Shown piece by piece: positions 62,801 to 64,000 of a stretch of 64,000 nucleotides of DNA. The stretch covers positions 21,204,001 to 21,268,000 of the forward strand of contig CM069149.1 of assembly GCA_035221665.1 (NCBI GenBank). Direction: 5' to 3'. The stretch is from Okamejei kenojei (taxonomy: Eukaryota). The first letter of the stretch is position 1, and every line of letters starts with the position of its first letter. The notes under the pieces are model-generated. The model was not told where the DNA came from. It searched no databases and worked only from the letters and a program-made list of their open reading frames with translations. The position numbers were made by a program, and so were the translations under genes.

Positions 62801-64000
62801 ACAGAAAACCTGACGAGAAGGCTGAACATCACAGGAGAAGAGACTAAGATTTGATTGCGCACCATGACTAAAGACAAAGAGAGCAGGAGTCATTACATTA
62901 TGAGTATCGAGATAGCCAGTCCGGATGAAGATAATTTTATACTAATATCTGAAGTGTTTACACATGGAACCATGCCTGTTGATTGTCAAAATATAGCCAG
63001 ACATGAAGACTTGAAACAATGGTCTTACTGAAAAATGTCAAGATATCTGAAATAAATTCTAGTGTTGATCTACTTATCGGAATGAATGTTTTGAAAGCAT
63101 TGGAACCTATACAAATTGTTAGGAGCCAAGGTGATGGACCGTATGCTACAAAAACCCGGGTTCTATATGGCTCCTTGAAAAGAAATAATGAAAACAGGAA
63201 TCAGAAGGAGATTGCTGTGAATCAAATATCTACTGATAAATTAGAAAAGCCAGTGATGAAGCATTACAATCATGACTTCAATGAAAGTACCAATAAGGAA
63301 TCTAAAGAGATGTTGAATAATGAGTTGAAGTTCATGGATATTATGAACTACTCAGTAAAGATTGCGTAAACACTATTGTCCAGACTTGCCTTTCAAACAA
63401 GAAAGTGTTAAGTTGCCAAATAATCGTTCTGTGCAGAGCAAAGCCACCAGAATTTGAAACGCAAGTTTGAAAGTTCTTAAAAAAGTGCAGCCTTATCTTG
63501 GCCTTAAAGACCTGTTGCGTGGTGGCACCGAGTGAAACGCAAGTTTGGCGAGAATACTAAATTTCATGAAGTAACAATCTCTTGTAAGAATAATAACTAC
63601 ATGGATGATTGCTTAAAATCCATGTCTACTGAGCAAGAAGCAATTCAACCAGTAAAACATCTGACTTCCCTTTGCAATAAGGGAGGATTCGCACTTTCTA
63701 AGTGAAAAAGCAACAATTGTGAAAGCATTCCCCCAGATGATAGAGGCAAAAAAAAACAGAGAGTTGGATTTGGACAGAGACAATCTGCCAATGGAAAGAG
63801 CATTGGGAGTTATTAATGTTGCACAATTGAAATATGTTAACACTGAAGAAAATCCTGCAGATGAAGTTTCCAGAGAACTGACAGCGAACCGTTTCTTAAG
63901 CGATAAGAGATGGATCAATGAACTAAAGTCTCTCTGTAAGCCAGATAGGGAATGGCCAAAGCTTTAACTGGGATTTGAAATCTCTGCTAATGATTTGGAA
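59898..64000 (+). mobile_element. BEL/Pao LTR retrotransposon internal region, decayed, with deletions; continues past the window
   Basis: DUF1759-like gag (ERLRFLVKYTSG...GYKRARRLLKESFG); CFGCLKKGHMVRDC knuckle; protease YAFLDHGSSTT; VDLLIG; RT YMDD at 63598-63609; ERALGV; NPADEVSR. Confidence 0.92.

Overview
Repeat-dense eukaryotic genomic DNA, most likely from a cartilaginous fish (skate/ray). This is inferred from about 30 tRNA-derived HE1/V-SINE-type copies with (CTAAA)n tails, HER1/CR1 and Rex1/Babar LINE fragments, and Penelope-type terminal repeats. I found no host protein-coding gene, so the window looks intronic or intergenic, and most ORFs in the track are spurious translations of repeats. 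The main structures are: (1) an internally deleted Gypsy-type element nested in a SINE (499-1715); (2) a structurally complete but ORF-disrupted DIRS tyrosine-recombinase retrotransposon with split ITRs, ICR, ATT duplication and RT/RNase H/methyltransferase/YR domains (53398-58365); (3) a decayed BEL/Pao element running off the window end (58575-64000); (4) a solo LTR with a perfect TSD; (5) several PIF/Harbinger MITEs; (6) Tx1 and L2 fragments; (7) many short, often palindromic Penelope-type elements carrying minimal hammerhead ribozyme cores. The most notable leads are these hammerhead-bearing palindromes, a possible spliced subgenomic mRNA for the DIRS recombinase, two locally duplicated chimeric junctions, and TE-free stretches that may be conserved enhancers. 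All calls come from reading the sequence by eye, and boundaries of degenerate repeats are approximate.
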